Assembly (NCBI RefSeq): GCF_052425735.1
Contig: NC_135765.1
Coordinates: forward strand, 4,774,001-4,838,000
Source of the DNA: Oculina patagonica
Lineage: Eukaryota
Direction: 5' to 3'
Length of the DNA stretch: 64,000 nt
The notes under the pieces were generated by a model, which saw nothing but the letters and a program-made list of their open reading frames with translations, was not told where the DNA came from and did no database searches. Positions 1 through 12,599 of this stretch are shown here, in pieces; within the stretch, counting starts at the first letter, position 1; every line of letters starts with the position of its first letter. The position numbers were made by a program, and so were the translations under genes.

Positions 1-978
1 CACCACTTCCCACCGGGTAACAAAAGAATATCTTGTTTTGCCTGAACAAAAAATGCATATAAAAATTAAACTTACCTTGCTGGTACCAATATTAAGGAAA
101 TTGAGAAGCGTTTGCCACGATCGATTTGGGAGTTTCGTGGCCAACTTCACGTACAATTGTACCCAATGGGGAACTCGTAGAGACTCCAAATGCCTTTTAC
201 TCAAGTCCTCGCTTACTATTGACCCAAATGCCTTCTTGATACCTTGCTTCTCAGCGACCGTTTCTACAGCCGTCGATATCACGTCTTCTACATAAGATTG
301 ATTTTCCTTTGAGCAATGCAAAAGCCCATAGCCAAAGGCTTTTCCGAGTGTAGATGGACACGGTGCAATCTCTTCTTCCAAAACAGCCAAGCATTCACTG
401 GCGACGGCTCCCGTTCGCTTTACCTTCAATCGAGGCCCCAGTTCAGTTTTTTCAAGCTTTTTAAGGTCTTCAAAAGGTTTGGCGAGATCCCGCCCGGGAG
501 CTACATTCGTTCCAATACTGCAGCCTGCTTTTACTTCGGGATTCATGTCCTCTGGCGACGATGGTGGCGTTTCGGGCAAGTTGGCGGGAATCTCACTTCT
601 TCCCGCCATTGCAGTAATCGGAAGAGAGTTAACGACGTCTCTAATCGCACTAAATTCAAGCGAGGCGATTACTCTGTTCTCCTTCGTACTTTTCCCTCGC
701 AGAGCTCTCGTTAGGATACCAAAAAGGGTCGACACGACGACCAAATCTTTCTTCCTCGCCGAACCAAAACACGATGCATCGACCTTCGCGCCATTGCAAT
801 CGACAAGGTCGTAAATGGAAACTACGGCGATTTCTTCGCTAAAAGGTGCTACCGTGCTGGCCACTGTGTCAAGTTTCGGCCTCGATAACCATTCAGTGGA
901 AACGGCATACCACTTTTTGGCGTTTGAAAGCGAAGGCCCAAACACTCGCTTGAGGCGAAGGGAGTGCGGGGCCGCCAT
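1..978 (-). CDS. Uncharacterized protein, 5' part (>=300 aa), possibly transposon-derived; runs off the left edge
   Basis: Manual translation from ATG at 978 gives MAAPHSLRLKRVFGPSLSNAKKWY...LRVPHWVQLYVKLATKLPNRSWQTLLNFLNIGTSK with no stop down to position 1. A likely donor AAG|GTAAGT lies at 76/75. GC content is higher than the flanks. Confidence 0.6.
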   Translation of the reverse strand, partial: MAAPHSLRLKRVFGPSLSNAKKWYAVSTEWLSRPKLDTVASTVAPFSEEIAVVSIYDLVDCNGAKVDASCFGSARKKDLVVVSTLFGILTRALRGKSTKENRVIASLEFSAIRDVVNSLPITAMAGRSEIPANLPETPPSSPEDMNPEVKAGCSIGTNVAPGRDLAKPFEDLKKLEKTELGPRLKVKRTGAVASECLAVLEEEIAPCPSTLGKAFGYGLLHCSKENQSYVEDVISTAVETVAEKQGIKKAFGSIVSEDLSKRHLESLRVPHWVQLYVKLATKLPNRSWQTLLNFLNIGTSKVSLIFICIFCSGKTRYSFVTRWEVV

Positions 979-1653
979 TCCCGCTTCGCCGCTCAAAACC
1001 TTTGAATTTCGCGCGATGTCGAATGTTTTCTTTCGATCTCGCAATTATTAACCAACCACACAGCATGATCATCTTCCATAAAAGTACAAATTATCTGGTC
1101 TTCCTTTCTAACTCATACAGTGACAAGAGCGACAACTCACTTACCGCAAAGTGACAGATTTTTCAATCACGCAAACACCCGCAAACACAAACTACCGGAA
1201 ATTAGGCCCCAGCTCCAGCTGCGAATTTCAGAGTCGCATGAAGCTCGTCATGTGATACTTCACTGGCTGTTATAGTCTCCCTCACGATCGAAGAAGGAGT
1301 TCAGGATTGGCTTCCACGTTTCAACATGGTCAAAACTGTTCAGGACTGTCATTCCGTGATGCTTCTGTCGCAGTGATTCAATCCCTTCAAGAACTTTCCT
1401 TTGTGCATGTGCATGAATACTGTTTTAGTATATTGTCTTGGAAGATTCACTTGTCCCTTACATGGAGTGAGGGCAGGAATGTTGCTAGTGTTGGCACCTT
1501 CTTCATTTGTACTGACTGTTGAAACTTCGTGCATTTTTTTAGTCCAATTTTTGTGTGGACGAGTTGTGTATGATTGTTGCCAAAGGTTGTAAACGCTTCT
1601 CTATATAGTTTAGAATTTTTAAGTACTCTTTCAGTATTTTGGTTATGTTTAGT

Positions 1654-2721
1654 CATAGTAAATAGAGGAAAATGGTTATAAGGCCCGAAAAAGTTCTTTG
1701 TTGTATGTTTTTGTTCGCTATTTTGGGGGTTGACCCTGCACAAAACCTGACAAAATACAATAGGTGGTTACGTGTGTTCATGTAACTAACCAATAGAAAA
1801 ATTGCGATTACGTAACTCATGCATATTGTATGAGCGCAAAACAAAAACAAAAAAATTCGGACACGCCGACGACGCACGAGCGAGTGTCACTAGAAAAATG
1901 GCCGCCAAACATCTAAAGGCTTTGTATGGGATAAAAACAATAACGTGAAATAGAATGACTTCTGGTTTACCTGGAACAAGTGCCGAAATACAGTCGAGTT
2001 CCTGAACGTTTCTTCAGCTGATACTTACAGTTGCATTTCATAAACAAATGTTCCTGGCTTTGCTTTTTATTTCCGAAGCTTGGTGTGGCTTGGCCCATGC
2101 AACGCTCTATATTCAAGAGGCCTGAATCCTTAAAACAGCGATTTTGATGCATCGTAGTAGGTGAAATAATCTTGATATCCCAGTTGCCGTGATCGCTTGA
2201 GAAAAAGCATCATATGAAGTACCATTTGTCTAATTTTTACTCCTTGGGATGACTTCTTCGCTTTGCAAATTGCTTTCAAAAACCATAACAATCGCATAAT
2301 GAACACCAGGCAGCAGTCCACGTTGAAATCCAAAAATCCGTTGTCTTTGAATTGCGATATTTCAGCCGTCTTTGCTCCAATTTTGCTGCAAAAGACATCG
2401 TTTGATAGCTCTTTTGCTTCCAGTTTAATTATCGTGCAATATTTTTGACCAGTGGTTTAATCCTTACTACACAAAATATTCCTCTATGTAGGCCTTATTC
2501 TTGTGTATCATCGTCGATGTATACGAGCCCGAAGTCAGGCTTTCGAATCAGCGGCTATTATCAACTTTCATGATCGATTAATGCATCAAAATTCTCCGAC
2601 TCCAATGTCCGCGATTTCTGGCCATGGCAGGGTCCTAGACCTTCCAACATAAATCTTGGCCTCTTTGTTTGCTTCTTTGATGTTTACCGGGCTTCCCAAC
2701 TATTTCTCTCTAATATCTATG
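1654..2721. mobile_element. Degenerate non-autonomous hAT-like DNA transposon
   Basis: Imperfect ~33-bp TIRs (CATAGtaaatAGAG...GCCC / GGGC...CTCTaatatCTATG) and near-duplicated flanks (gtttagtc/gttaagtg). The paralogous site near 34860 lacks it. A decayed minus-strand frame lies at ~1970-2550. Confidence 0.55.
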
Positions 2722-2898
2722 GTTAAGTGGATTTGCAAATAAAAATGTTATGTGAAGGAACAGTTAAGCACAAAATTGTTCTTTCAAGACATGGTTCTCG
2801 ATGAAAGCTACCACTATGCAATATTAAAACTCTGTGCGGTTAGAAAAAAATAGCGAGATGGGAGCTAGCAAATATACGCTGAGTCGAAAATGAAACTA

Positions 2899-3079
2899 AC
2901 GGTTTGCAGTGTTTCCCAGCCCTTTTAATTTGGGTCAGTACATGTACTTAGTTATGATACAAAATACCCAATCAATGGTCAACAAGTTGTGATCATTTTC
3001 TTGACATTAGTAGGTAGCTGATAAAGAGTTGTTGTGCTGTCCCATAAAAGTGTAAGGGCTGGAAAATACCGAAAACCGT
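2899..3079. mobile_element. MITE, Tc1/mariner-like
   Basis: ~24-bp TIRs acggtttgcagtgtttcccagccc / gggctggaaaataccgaaaaccgt, flanked by TA on both sides. Confidence 0.6.
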
Positions 3080-3426
3080 TATCAGCCAACTTAAGCGTTG
3101 GAAAAACGGCCTTCAGGTGAAACCCCGCCTTAAAGTATTGCGAATAGGCTTCACTTTGCTAAGTGATAAAAATTTATTTCTTCTAGTCGTGTAGTTCAAT
3201 CATTTATTTCCATTGTGCAAAATATATTTATAAATTTAGACCTTTATGTCATTAAGTTATAATGCAATCTTGACAACATTCTAGATGTTATGTTAAGCAT
3301 ACTAATACAGCTCATGCAAACCGGGCGACTTACGCAAACCTCGGACTGAGTGTTACTTAAGATACTGCTTTCCTAGTGGTTTTTGCTGTACTGAACCCTC
3401 CCTTTCAAGCCAAGGTGGTTAGTTAA

Positions 3427-4495
3427 GGTGGCTCGTACCAGTTTTCAGGTTTTTGACTGTGCGACGTTTGGAAGAAAATGGCCAAAAAAATAATTAAAGA
3501 TCGTAACAATTTTTTTGTATAATTAAATTACCCATTGTGTTGTTGATCCAAAATACCAATAATTACGTCATCAGTGGTTACCATGGCAACGATAGGCAAT
3601 GATTTTTTTGGACCCTTTTTCAGCTTCCGGTGCTTATATCTTGAAAACTAACTCGATGACCCCCATTTTTTTTCTCGTGATAACTTTAAGCATATGAAAA
3701 AGAAACTGTATAATTATTTTAAAAAAATTCTACGAAGCGGATTTTTTGCAAATGCAAAAAAGAGCAATTTGTATGTAATTAAAAATTCCTTTCGTAGAAT
3801 TTTTTTAGATTTTTTCTGGCGTTTCCTTTACATAAAAGGAAAATATTAGGGCAATAAAAAATAAGGGTCATCGGGTTAGTTTTCCTGCTAAAGCCTTCGC
3901 GAACTCAATAATTCCCACGCGCGTTTCCGCGCACTTTAAAATTTCGATTTTAAAAGTTTGGTATTTACTCATGCTCAGTTCTGACTACCGCTGATCTTTG
4001 CGGGCACATACGCGCGCAACACGCGTGGACTTCCCCTCGCTTTGTCTGCGAAACTTTTCGGCTCAGGATTTCATGGGATTTAGCCAGTTTCAGTTAGCGC
4101 CAGTTGTGCCTCTTAGGTCTTACTGTTTAGTATTTCTTTGTCTGAATAATCATGTGTTTGAAAGCGAACTCAAATAAGCTGAAACGAAAAAAGTGGAATT
4201 GAGTCACGATCTCCGACAAGATCGATCGTAGCACATGCGAATTTGCTTTTGTAACTCGAGCAGCGAGATCCGAAAACATTTTGACTGTCGAACATTAAGT
4301 TGACTTAAAATGTTCTTGTTGAAAAAACTTCAGTTGAACGCGGAATTTCTTTCTTAAAATGAAGAAAAGCAACCTCGCACTCGGCCGCCATGTTTGTTTT
4401 CCTTTTCAAATCTCGCGCGTGACTCGTGGGCATGAAGCGTGACGCGCGCGCTAGTCACCAGACTTCCCACGCGAGAAAAACCGGTACGAGCCACC
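3427..4495. mobile_element. Kolobok-like non-autonomous DNA transposon
   Basis: TIRs GGTGGCTCGTACC / GGTACGAGCCACC, TTAA on both sides (3423-3426, 4496-4499), purine-purine 5' termini, and an internal inverted repeat at ~3645-3885. Confidence 0.75.
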
Positions 4496-4611
4496 TTAAA
4501 CATTAACCGCCCGATATTAAGCTTCTCAAGCTTTTTGTTTTATATCTTGTTCGCAAACAGTGTGTGAAAGAAGTACTGGGTAGCACTTCTACTCCAGGCG
4601 AACCTTCCTTC

Positions 4612-6487
4612 CAATCTGGCCACTAACACAGCAGTAGCAGTTTATTTTTAAATCGGCGACAAGTTAGAAGAGTGTTCTTTAAACATTTTATATAAAATAC
4701 AACAATAAGCAACCTTATCTACTTATATAGCTTAACCCTTTCCTTCGGTGAGTCAAAATTCGAGTTGCGGAATGTGGTTTCATTACACGAGTCTGTGGGT
4801 TCCGACAATAAGCAATTATTGGATGAGGTTGAGCATGATATCGTGAATTATCAAAACCGAGGTCGGCTAAGGCAGATAACACAGACACGAGGTTTTGATA
4901 ATTCACGATATCATGCGAAAACCGAATTCATTAATTGTTTTATTGTACATTTTCAAACAATTTGCAAACGAAGACTTTTATCTGATGCAAAATGGCTTTA
5001 ATTCAAAATGACACTACACGGACGAGGGGCTTGGAAACTAGGCGGACTTTGAACTCGACATGATAACCCAATATCTGCTGCAGATATTGGGTTATCATGT
5101 CAAGTTCACATGCTACTGTATATTGACTGAATGCTTTCGAACAATCACATGTTTCAAAGTAATTCTAATGTAATAATAATTAATAATAAAAGCTGTGTCG
5201 TGTGTTTATTAGTATGCTGCATTAGGTCATTATACCTTTCAATTCTGTTGATGGATGTGTGCATTCAAATGAATGATCTCGAGCAAAACTTTCATTTGGT
5301 GCTGTTTTTTTAAACGTTTTCTCAGTGGCAATTCTTGGTTCTCTCGATGAAGTAAAGGGTTATTAGCTACTGATACACTAGAATGTTACCTCGAGCTAAA
5401 TCAATATTTGTTTTGCTGCAAGCTAACTTTGCACGCCAATAATCATCTTATAAAACTTTACTGTTAACTGAAAAGACGAGTATGTATGAATCAGCCTAAA
5501 ACAATGGCTCGCTCGTATTTACGGCAGAACCATAGATATATACTCTCTATATGGACTATTTTAAATTAACTTTGTTACAACAAGTGATTGAAAAATCATA
5601 TCTTTAAGCAATGAATCATATCATTTTAAATGCTGACTTAAACCTTTCAGTAACTACAAAAATATGTTCGATTCCAAACAAGGGTTTTTGTAAAACAATA
5701 ACCACCTGGACTAGTTCTAAAACGAATTTTGTTTACAACCAACTAAGATGAAAGATTGAAATATGAGCATTTAAAGCAATGAAATAAAATCGTATTATCC
5801 AATCCATTTTGTACAATTTAGCATACACTATTATATATTGAGCCCATCAAGACACTACAAAACCAAAAGGAAAACATGGAAATCGTGTGATTTTTGCACG
5901 TAAAAGTACGTTAACTTGGTCTGCATAAGCTACTTTAAATCTTGGAAATAAAAAGTTAAACTCTACGGTACAAATGTAATTAGATTTGACGGTAATGTTG
6001 TGCATTACAAAGATTTTTTAACAAATATAACGTGACAAAGCTCTCCTCAAGATACGTTTTTCTGTTAGTTTGTTTGTTTGTTTGTTTGTTTTATTGTCAC
6101 TTAATTACTTCTCGCAAATATATCCCTTCGCTTTAGAGCATTTATCGTCGTGCCACTCTCCATCATAAACCGCACCGTAGAAATTTCCATTTACTATTGC
6201 AACACAATCCTGGTTATTGTAATTATTTGGATCACTAGACATCCAGTTTTTGTACCCAGTCAATTCACTTCCGTCAGACCACTTGAACTCATTTTCAGTT
6301 TCAGCATCCGTTAGTCCAATCCAGTAATCCACTTCGCCAACAAGACTCTTAATGAAATCGTTTTCGTCAGCGGATTCGATCTTCACCAAATGAGCACCGT
6401 TAGCCTCGCATGATGTGTTCGCATTGTTCCAGTCTTTTTCGTCTGAGAAAGGTGAGTAGCATGATCCATTGTTACAGCTGTAGGAAA
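4612..6487 (-). repeat. Inverted segmental duplicate of ~25330-27008 (CTLD exon, 3' UTR and downstream DNA)
   Basis: Collinear reverse-complement matches, e.g. 4621 cactaacacagca vs 26984 tgctgtgttagtg, and 5445 tcatcttataaaactttactgttaac vs 26418 gttaacagtaaagttttataagatga. Confidence 0.85.
4808..5190. mobile_element. Palindrome-ended non-autonomous repeat (Crypton-like architecture)
   Basis: Hairpin gcatgatatcgtgaattatcaaaacc...ggttttgataattcacgatatcatgc; absent from the inverted paralog near 26780-26820. Right boundary is approximate. Confidence 0.5.
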
Positions 6488-7919
6488 CTGCAGCCAAGAA
6501 AAGTTAAAGGGAAGTTAAGTAAAAATTATATTTAAAAACACAACTACGCTTTTCAATTATCTAAACATGTTTCGAAAATTGAAAAGCGTTGTTGTGTTTA
6601 AGAATAATTGTAACACTTGTGTTGTGAAGACCATTGGTAATGTTACATACATACATACTTTATTTTCTTTCCCCATGGGGGCTTTTCGAAGATAATATAT
6701 GCTACTAAAATCAATAATATTACATTCTACTAAAATTAAAAATTAAAATTAATATTATTACGTTCTTATTTAGGTAATTACGTTTCAATGCTTTTCTAAA
6801 AATTGAAATAGATCTACTGAGTTTTAAAGTAAGGTCCAATAAGTTTGGTAGTTGTCCTGTAATAAAATGTCCTTTGGCCAGCGGCAGTTTTTTAAGGAGC
6901 CTGGGGTCACAGGACTCGTTTTTGAGTTATAAGCACTTAATTGAAAAGGTCAATTGCCTTCCATACATGCTTTTTTCGATATAAATCTGATAAATAGTCC
7001 AAACGCAATCTGAAACGAGCATTAGTTCGCTTGGAAAGTGATATTGGGATTTTATGCTTAAAGCTTAAATTTTGGGTGTTTTTGAGAGGTTTTACTGTTG
7101 CTATGGTTACCAGTGACGTCAAGAAAATTACCACAATTCGTTTATATAGTGCCTCTCTCCAGCCAAGTGTATAAATGGGTACCGGCGAAATAATGCTAGG
7201 GGTAACCCTGCGATTGACTAGCATCCCATCCAGGGGTGAGTAGAAATACTCCTTGTCGCTTAATGCTACAGAAACCGGGATAAGCTCCAGCGGTGTGGGC
7301 CACTTATCTCGACGTAGACTTTTTATTAGTTGCCCTTACCTCCTGTTTCCATGTCACAGTGAGCAAGAATGGAGTTTCCTGAGATCTTAGAATACAACCA
7401 GTAATCACCGCTGACCGCTTGTGCTCCTTCATTCGCCTTAATCTCACCACACGAAGCAGCAGACAGCTCGGGAATAGAACCGAGGGGTACTGGAAAGGAA
7501 TGACGAAAACTCGTTACAACTTATTGTCGTTGCCAAGGCAAAGAATCGCTTTAACTGAAACTACAAAAATTGTATGACGATGAGATTTGAATTTGCAAGT
7601 TACATGTATTACCTCTCTTTGAGGCCTTTTTCATGTAATATCTGTCCCTGTCCTTGACAAAGTCCTCTGGCCTGGCCTCCTTAGTTCTGTTGTTCAACTC
7701 ACATATGTCTTTGAACATGACGTAGTTGTAACTTTGGCATTGCACGTCAGAAATGCACGCCTCTCTGCAATCCATAGAACGTGGACGAGCTTTGAACGTC
7801 TTAAAGGTGTGGCCCCTAAGCATCATTTGATAGATGGAGTAAGTGCCGATTCCGCATTGCTGGCTGGAGATGTTGCGAAAGATTACAGACACCATTAAAA
7901 GTACAGCGATAACTGGCAT
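6105..7919 (-). CDS. Gene 1: secreted PAN/apple + fibrinogen/COLFI-like N-terminal module + C-type lectin, ~279 aa. Exons 7919-7613, 7489-7340, 6487-6105
   Basis: GT-AG introns, both phase 1, give an 840-nt open frame. Signal peptide MPVIAVLLMVSVIF; PAN motif C-x3-C...CQSYNY...CELN; module GSIPELSAASCGEIK...YWL...CDMETG; CTLD motifs WIGL, DPN, WHD, YICEK. Confidence 0.85.
6647..6870 (-). mobile_element. LINE 3' remnant in an intron of gene 1
   Basis: Minus-strand AATAAA followed by a (TGTA)n tail, the same tail type as the LINE at 61657-62250. Confidence 0.45.
7148..7322 (+). mobile_element. SINE body fragment (family of 52213-52498)
   Basis: Core gtgcctctctcc...aatgggtaccggcga...ctagcatcccatccaggg...agtagaaatactcc...accgggataagctcc is shared with the copies at 15195 and 52213. 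Confidence 0.75.
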
Positions 7920-8954
7920 CTGCAAAATAAAAAAAAAGTCAATGACGGTTTCTGTTAAAATTGCTTTATGCTTGTCGGACCCTCGTGCTAACTAGTCGGT
8001 TACTTATATAGACATATGGCGTAGAGGAAGATCTAGTTGAACTCGAGGCTACCGAGGAAAAATCCAGCTAGTGGCAAAGAGTTTAATCCCCGGCTTAACT
8101 GATATGAGGTTTATGTCTCTTCGTTGAATTCGCATTTTTTATTTATGCATGTGCATGTGTCCAAGTCTACCAACGGAAAGAAATAACAGGAAAATTAACT
8201 ACAAATTTTAAGCGACATCTATTTCGGTTAGTTTGCTAATTTTGGGAAAAAAAGCCTTTCCATTTTTCAGTGGTCATTCCAACCGGCTCTCTCCAACAAA
8301 TGGTAAGCACCCTAGAGTTCGTTCAGCATCACATTGCGGTACACACATCAAGCTGCAGCGGAGGATATTTTTTGTCCTAAGACAAATTGAAAATAATCAC
8401 ATGTTCATCACAAACGCAACCTACCTACGCGAATATTCGAAAACGAATATTCGCGGAGGAAAAGCAAATAAACACGCGTGTGGTCGCGCGTGATGCCAAG
8501 TGAACGGGCCGTACCGCTGACTGAAACGGCAGGCTCCAAGCTAGAAATCCAAACGCAAACTGGCTTAGAGAACTGTCCCTCTGTGATTTTTGAACTGCTC
8601 TTTGAATTACTTTATTGACAACCTTTTTACACCTTTCACGAAGGATGAACCACGATGGGTTGGCTAAGTTCAGCACGCCTCAAAATGTGTACCTTCTAAA
8701 AGACCGTTTGAGGTGAAGAAATCAAATCGGACGGTTGAAGTGAATTATTGTACTTAAAGTCTAATAACCACAGAAAATAACGCAGTGAATTTCATTTTCA
8801 GAAATCTTTTTTCTTGTGGAACTGGTTAATCAAAGTCAGCTAATTGAATATGTATAAATTAGTGAAAAATGGCCATTTTTGCAAAGGGTGCCATAACTTG
8901 AACGGAATAAAATATTTTGAGCTAATGTTTTGCCAGCGCTGGAACCAGCGCTGC

Positions 8955-10058
8955 AGTGAGAATAATCCAACTGGACTACAGGAAGGCTTTCGACTTGATC
9001 GATCATCAAACACTAGTCAACAAAGTCTTGTCTCTTCGTATACCACGTGGTGTCGCTCGTTGGGTCTGTGATTTTTTGATGGACAGACAACAACGTGTGA
9101 AACTCTCTGCCGACTGTTTCTCAAAATGGGGACCCGTACCATCTGGCGTGCCTCAGGGCACCAAGCTTGGCCCCTGGTTATTTGTCCTTATGATAAATGA
9201 TCTCAGCCCCTCTGATGTACAGACTTGAAAATACGTCGATGACACTACCCTTGCTGAAGTGGTCGCAAAGGACAGTGAAAGTAACATTCAGGAAGCTGTG
9301 GACACGGTAGCTCTCTGGTCGCGCTGCAACACGCTCCAACTTAATGTGGACAAGTGCAAGGAACTAACAATAGACTTTAAGAAAATTAAACAGTCTTTTG
9401 CTCCCATTTCGATTAATAGTGTTAAGATATTAGGTGTCACCATCCCCGATACGTTGCATTGGAATAACCACGTTACGGAAATCATAAAGAAGGCCAACAA
9501 AAGACTATACTTTATCAAATTACTAAAAAGAGCTTGTGTCTCAAGAAAGGTCATTCTTAACTTCTATTGTACATGCATAAGACCAGTTCTAGAGTATTGC
9601 GCGCCGGCTTTTCACCACAGCCTTCCCGCTTACCTAAGCGACGATATAGAACGTGTACAGAAACGCGCGCTATTTATTATCGATCCACAAGCGTCATATC
9701 AGGATATCCTATCAAGTTGTAATCTAAGCTCCCTAAAGGAACGACGTTCTATCCTGTGCAAGAAACTCTTGAATAAGATCATGCTCGATAGTAGCCATAA
9801 ATTACATAAGTTCTTACCACAGGAAAATGCAAATATGTATAACCTTAGAAGTCAACGTCATTTTCAAGCATATAAGGCTTGGACCAATCGTTTTAAACAT
9901 AGCTTTTTTCCTTCTATGGCAAATTTTTAATATAGTTTTAATAGATTTTAATAGTTGTATTTTTAATAATTTATCTTTGTAAATTTTTACGCAATCCAGT
10001 TTTTAGACTGTCATGTAAGAATATCAATAAACTATCTATCTATCTATTTTATCTATCT
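8955..10058 (+). mobile_element. 5'-truncated CR1/L2-group LINE, antisense and upstream of the gene 1 ATG exon
   Basis: RT motifs DYRKAFDLIDH, GVPQGTKLGP and YVDD, with an in-frame TGA at 9226. C-terminal IRPVLEYC...RFKHSFFP, AATAAA and a (TATC)n tail. Confidence 0.9.
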
Positions 10059-10068
10059 AATAGTTTAC

Positions 10069-10235
10069 CATTACAACATTTGTGCCAAGTTTGAGCGAAA
10101 TCGATGATTTGAGCTGTATCACCTCTTGCCTGTTTCTGCCCTGTTCTTTCAAGGACGCACTCTTAAAGCAATCCATTTCCGTCCGAGCCATCCGCAGCCA
10201 AAAACTCTCGTTAACAGTTTCAGTGCTCTTATATA
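10069..10235 (-). promoter_or_regulatory. Candidate TATA box and non-coding first exon of gene 1
   Basis: Minus-strand TATATAAG at 10235-10228 and a possible donor G|GTAAA at 10069/10068. The gene 1 ATG directly follows a splice acceptor, so an upstream UTR exon is expected. Confidence 0.35.
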
Positions 10236-11150
10236 GCAATTTTTAATGAAAATGGACCATTATTTTTAGATTTCCTTCGACACAAGTATAAATTTTGGCT
10301 GTTTAAAAATCTGGTAAAATCCGTGACAAAGCCCCTTTAAGAATGATATATCAAAAGGAAGGAAACAACAGCAAAAAAAAAACACAAACCGACTGGCGCA
10401 TATAAGGACGAATGGTTTAAAAGTACGTACCTTCTTCTTATAAAGCACGATTTTCAAGATGACCCGTCAAAAAACTTAACCAGTGATGAATCCGCAAAGT
10501 ACCGGGAACATTTTCGCATGGATCGATTGAACACACAGACTGGACGAAGATTTTACATGTTGTTCGAGTTTTCTTTCCGCGAACTTAAAAGATGATTTTC
10601 TCTAGATTTTTAAAGCCATCTGTTATTTTTGTAACTTTCAGAAAAGTAATATGTATCGTGATGTTTGCCTAATGTTATGTTAACATGGTAACTACATTGT
10701 AACACGCAATTTTTTCTGACATTTTTTTTAAACTTATGAAGTGTGAAAGAAATTTAACTTGAAGTGTCTTCTCATTCCTTAGATATACACTCTACAATCT
10801 CTCCTTCATTCACGATATTATTAAGAAGGCATATTACAATATTCAACATCTAAACAGAACATCGGTTTGTTTATTCTCTAAACAAACCGCTCTATCTTCA
10901 ATTATTGATGTACAGATGTGAAGCTTTTTACTTTTTGTCACTTAACTCAAAATCTATACTCTGATTACCTAAAGCTTTGTTTTGAGAGTAAAGAATAAAT
11001 TTGTAACTTATTTGAATGAAATTTGTTTCATAATTTATTGAAAAGAAATTGCAAGCGCTCAGTGAGTGCTAGTTATTTTTTCTTCTATTATCTTCAGTGG
11101 GAACTATAAACTTAAGCTTTGCTATCAGTGCAGTTTTTAGTTGAAGAGCA
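10200..11150. repeat. Upstream segment present in three copies: direct at ~19447-20110, inverted at ~21810-22220
   Basis: Shared blocks such as agatgacccgtcaaaaaactt, cagactggacga, ccatggtaact and aagcgctcagtgagtgcta. The inverted copy contains ggtacgtacgtacttttaaa...atatgcgccagt. Confidence 0.75.
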
Positions 11151-11392
11151 AAGTCTAAAGGCAAAGGATAGTTTATTTGTAGATAGGCAGATGACGCTTT
11201 TTACGGTTACTGAAACAATGAAAAATTCCAATGAGAAAATGCGACGGCTATACGTGTTTGTTACAAATAAATACACCCTAAATTCGCTTACAATACAATA
11301 CAATAACAAATATTGTTTTGCTTCGAAAGCTCCCGTCGCTTCGAGATTTCACCTAGAGTGTGCTCGATAGTTGCTCTAACCAACGCTTTCTT

Positions 11393-11700
11393 TCGTTAGC
11401 TCAGTTGGTAGAGCGCCGGACTACCAAGCAAAAGGTCTCGGGTTCGACTACCAGACCGGACCAACACTCAGGGTCTTAATGATGACTGAAGAGAATATGC
11501 TGCCTTTGCAATAATATCAGCGAACGGTTAGATATTTTAGTCTTCTCGGATAAGGAGAAGAGAGAAAAGAGTAGGGCATGGAGTTCCCGATGTTGTGGTC
11601 TGGTCTTTGCTCGTTCTACTTTGCGTGCTATTGAAATGCTCGGAGATATAAGCTGCATAAGCCACTTTACAAATTCGAGGGTAAATAAAAGTGTTTGTGT
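11393..11700 (+). mobile_element. tRNA-derived SINE
   Basis: A box tagctcagttggtaga and B box ggttcgact run into a SINE core (ggaccaacactcagggtctt...tgctgcctttg) and end in an AATAAA/simple-repeat tail. Confidence 0.75.
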
Positions 11701-12599
11701 ATTTATGTATTTAAATTTATGTCTGATTTCATTTACAAATTTTTATTCATTTGTACGTATAAACAGAATGTGACTGTGGAAGTCCATTTGCATCCCGCAT
11801 AATCAGCCTTTGGGTGTCTTAGGATTTAAAACCAGAAGCAAGATGAGAGCCCTCCTGAGGCGAGAGCAGATCAGGTGGTACGTGGATAGCCACCTTGAAA
11901 ACGGTGTTTCTCCGGACCTGTTTCCGGTGGGCTAGGGCCTTACTGTGGGGGAAAGTGCAGCCAATGGGCGAACTTCCTTTCCGCCATAAATATTAATCTA
12001 ACTGCGATAGCAAATTTTCGAGGATCCAAATTTGCTTTTTTTATAATCTGAGCTAAAATGCTTACTTGTTTTATATAATGGGTATCTAGTAGGCTTAAAA
12101 GTAATTTAAGAGTAACTTAATTAACGACAACGGTTCCAGTCGTTCAAAGGGGGCTGGGGAGTAAAACAAAAACTTGAGGAGGATCCGCACGGTAGTGGGG
12201 GAAGAATGAAAAGAAATAATTGTCAGGCGGGGCATGTACTTATACAGGAGCTGAGGAGAATAATTAAGATGGACATAAAAAGAGATTTTTTTCATTTTTT
12301 TTTTTTTCTAGCTTCGTGACATTGCAAGGTGGAAAGTTCCTCTCTTGTATCATGACAGGGTGAAAACCTCACAGTTGGAAGCCCAACATGAAGTCTTATC
12401 TCTCGCGTTGCAAACCACAATTGGAAGGCTCCATAATTTTGGAGAGAAAAATACACTACAAGCAGTCTCTCTTTACCCGTAGTGGGTAGAGCTCGCCCCC
12501 AGTTTAGCGCTCCCACCTTTCGTTCAAAGGAAACGAGAAAACCAAGGAAATGGTAGACTGCTCTCTAACGACGCCTCCATTCTATTATATCGCATCATC

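Noticed and set aside
42-75. 34-nt GT-AG mini-intron in the left-edge ORF
   Set aside because: It is unusually short and cannot be tested at the window edge; the true acceptor may lie outside the window.
11393-11465. tRNA gene candidates (also ~28740-28812 and ~52425-52498)
   Set aside because: They have A and B boxes but no convincing acceptor stem, and they run into SINE bodies or lie inside repeats.
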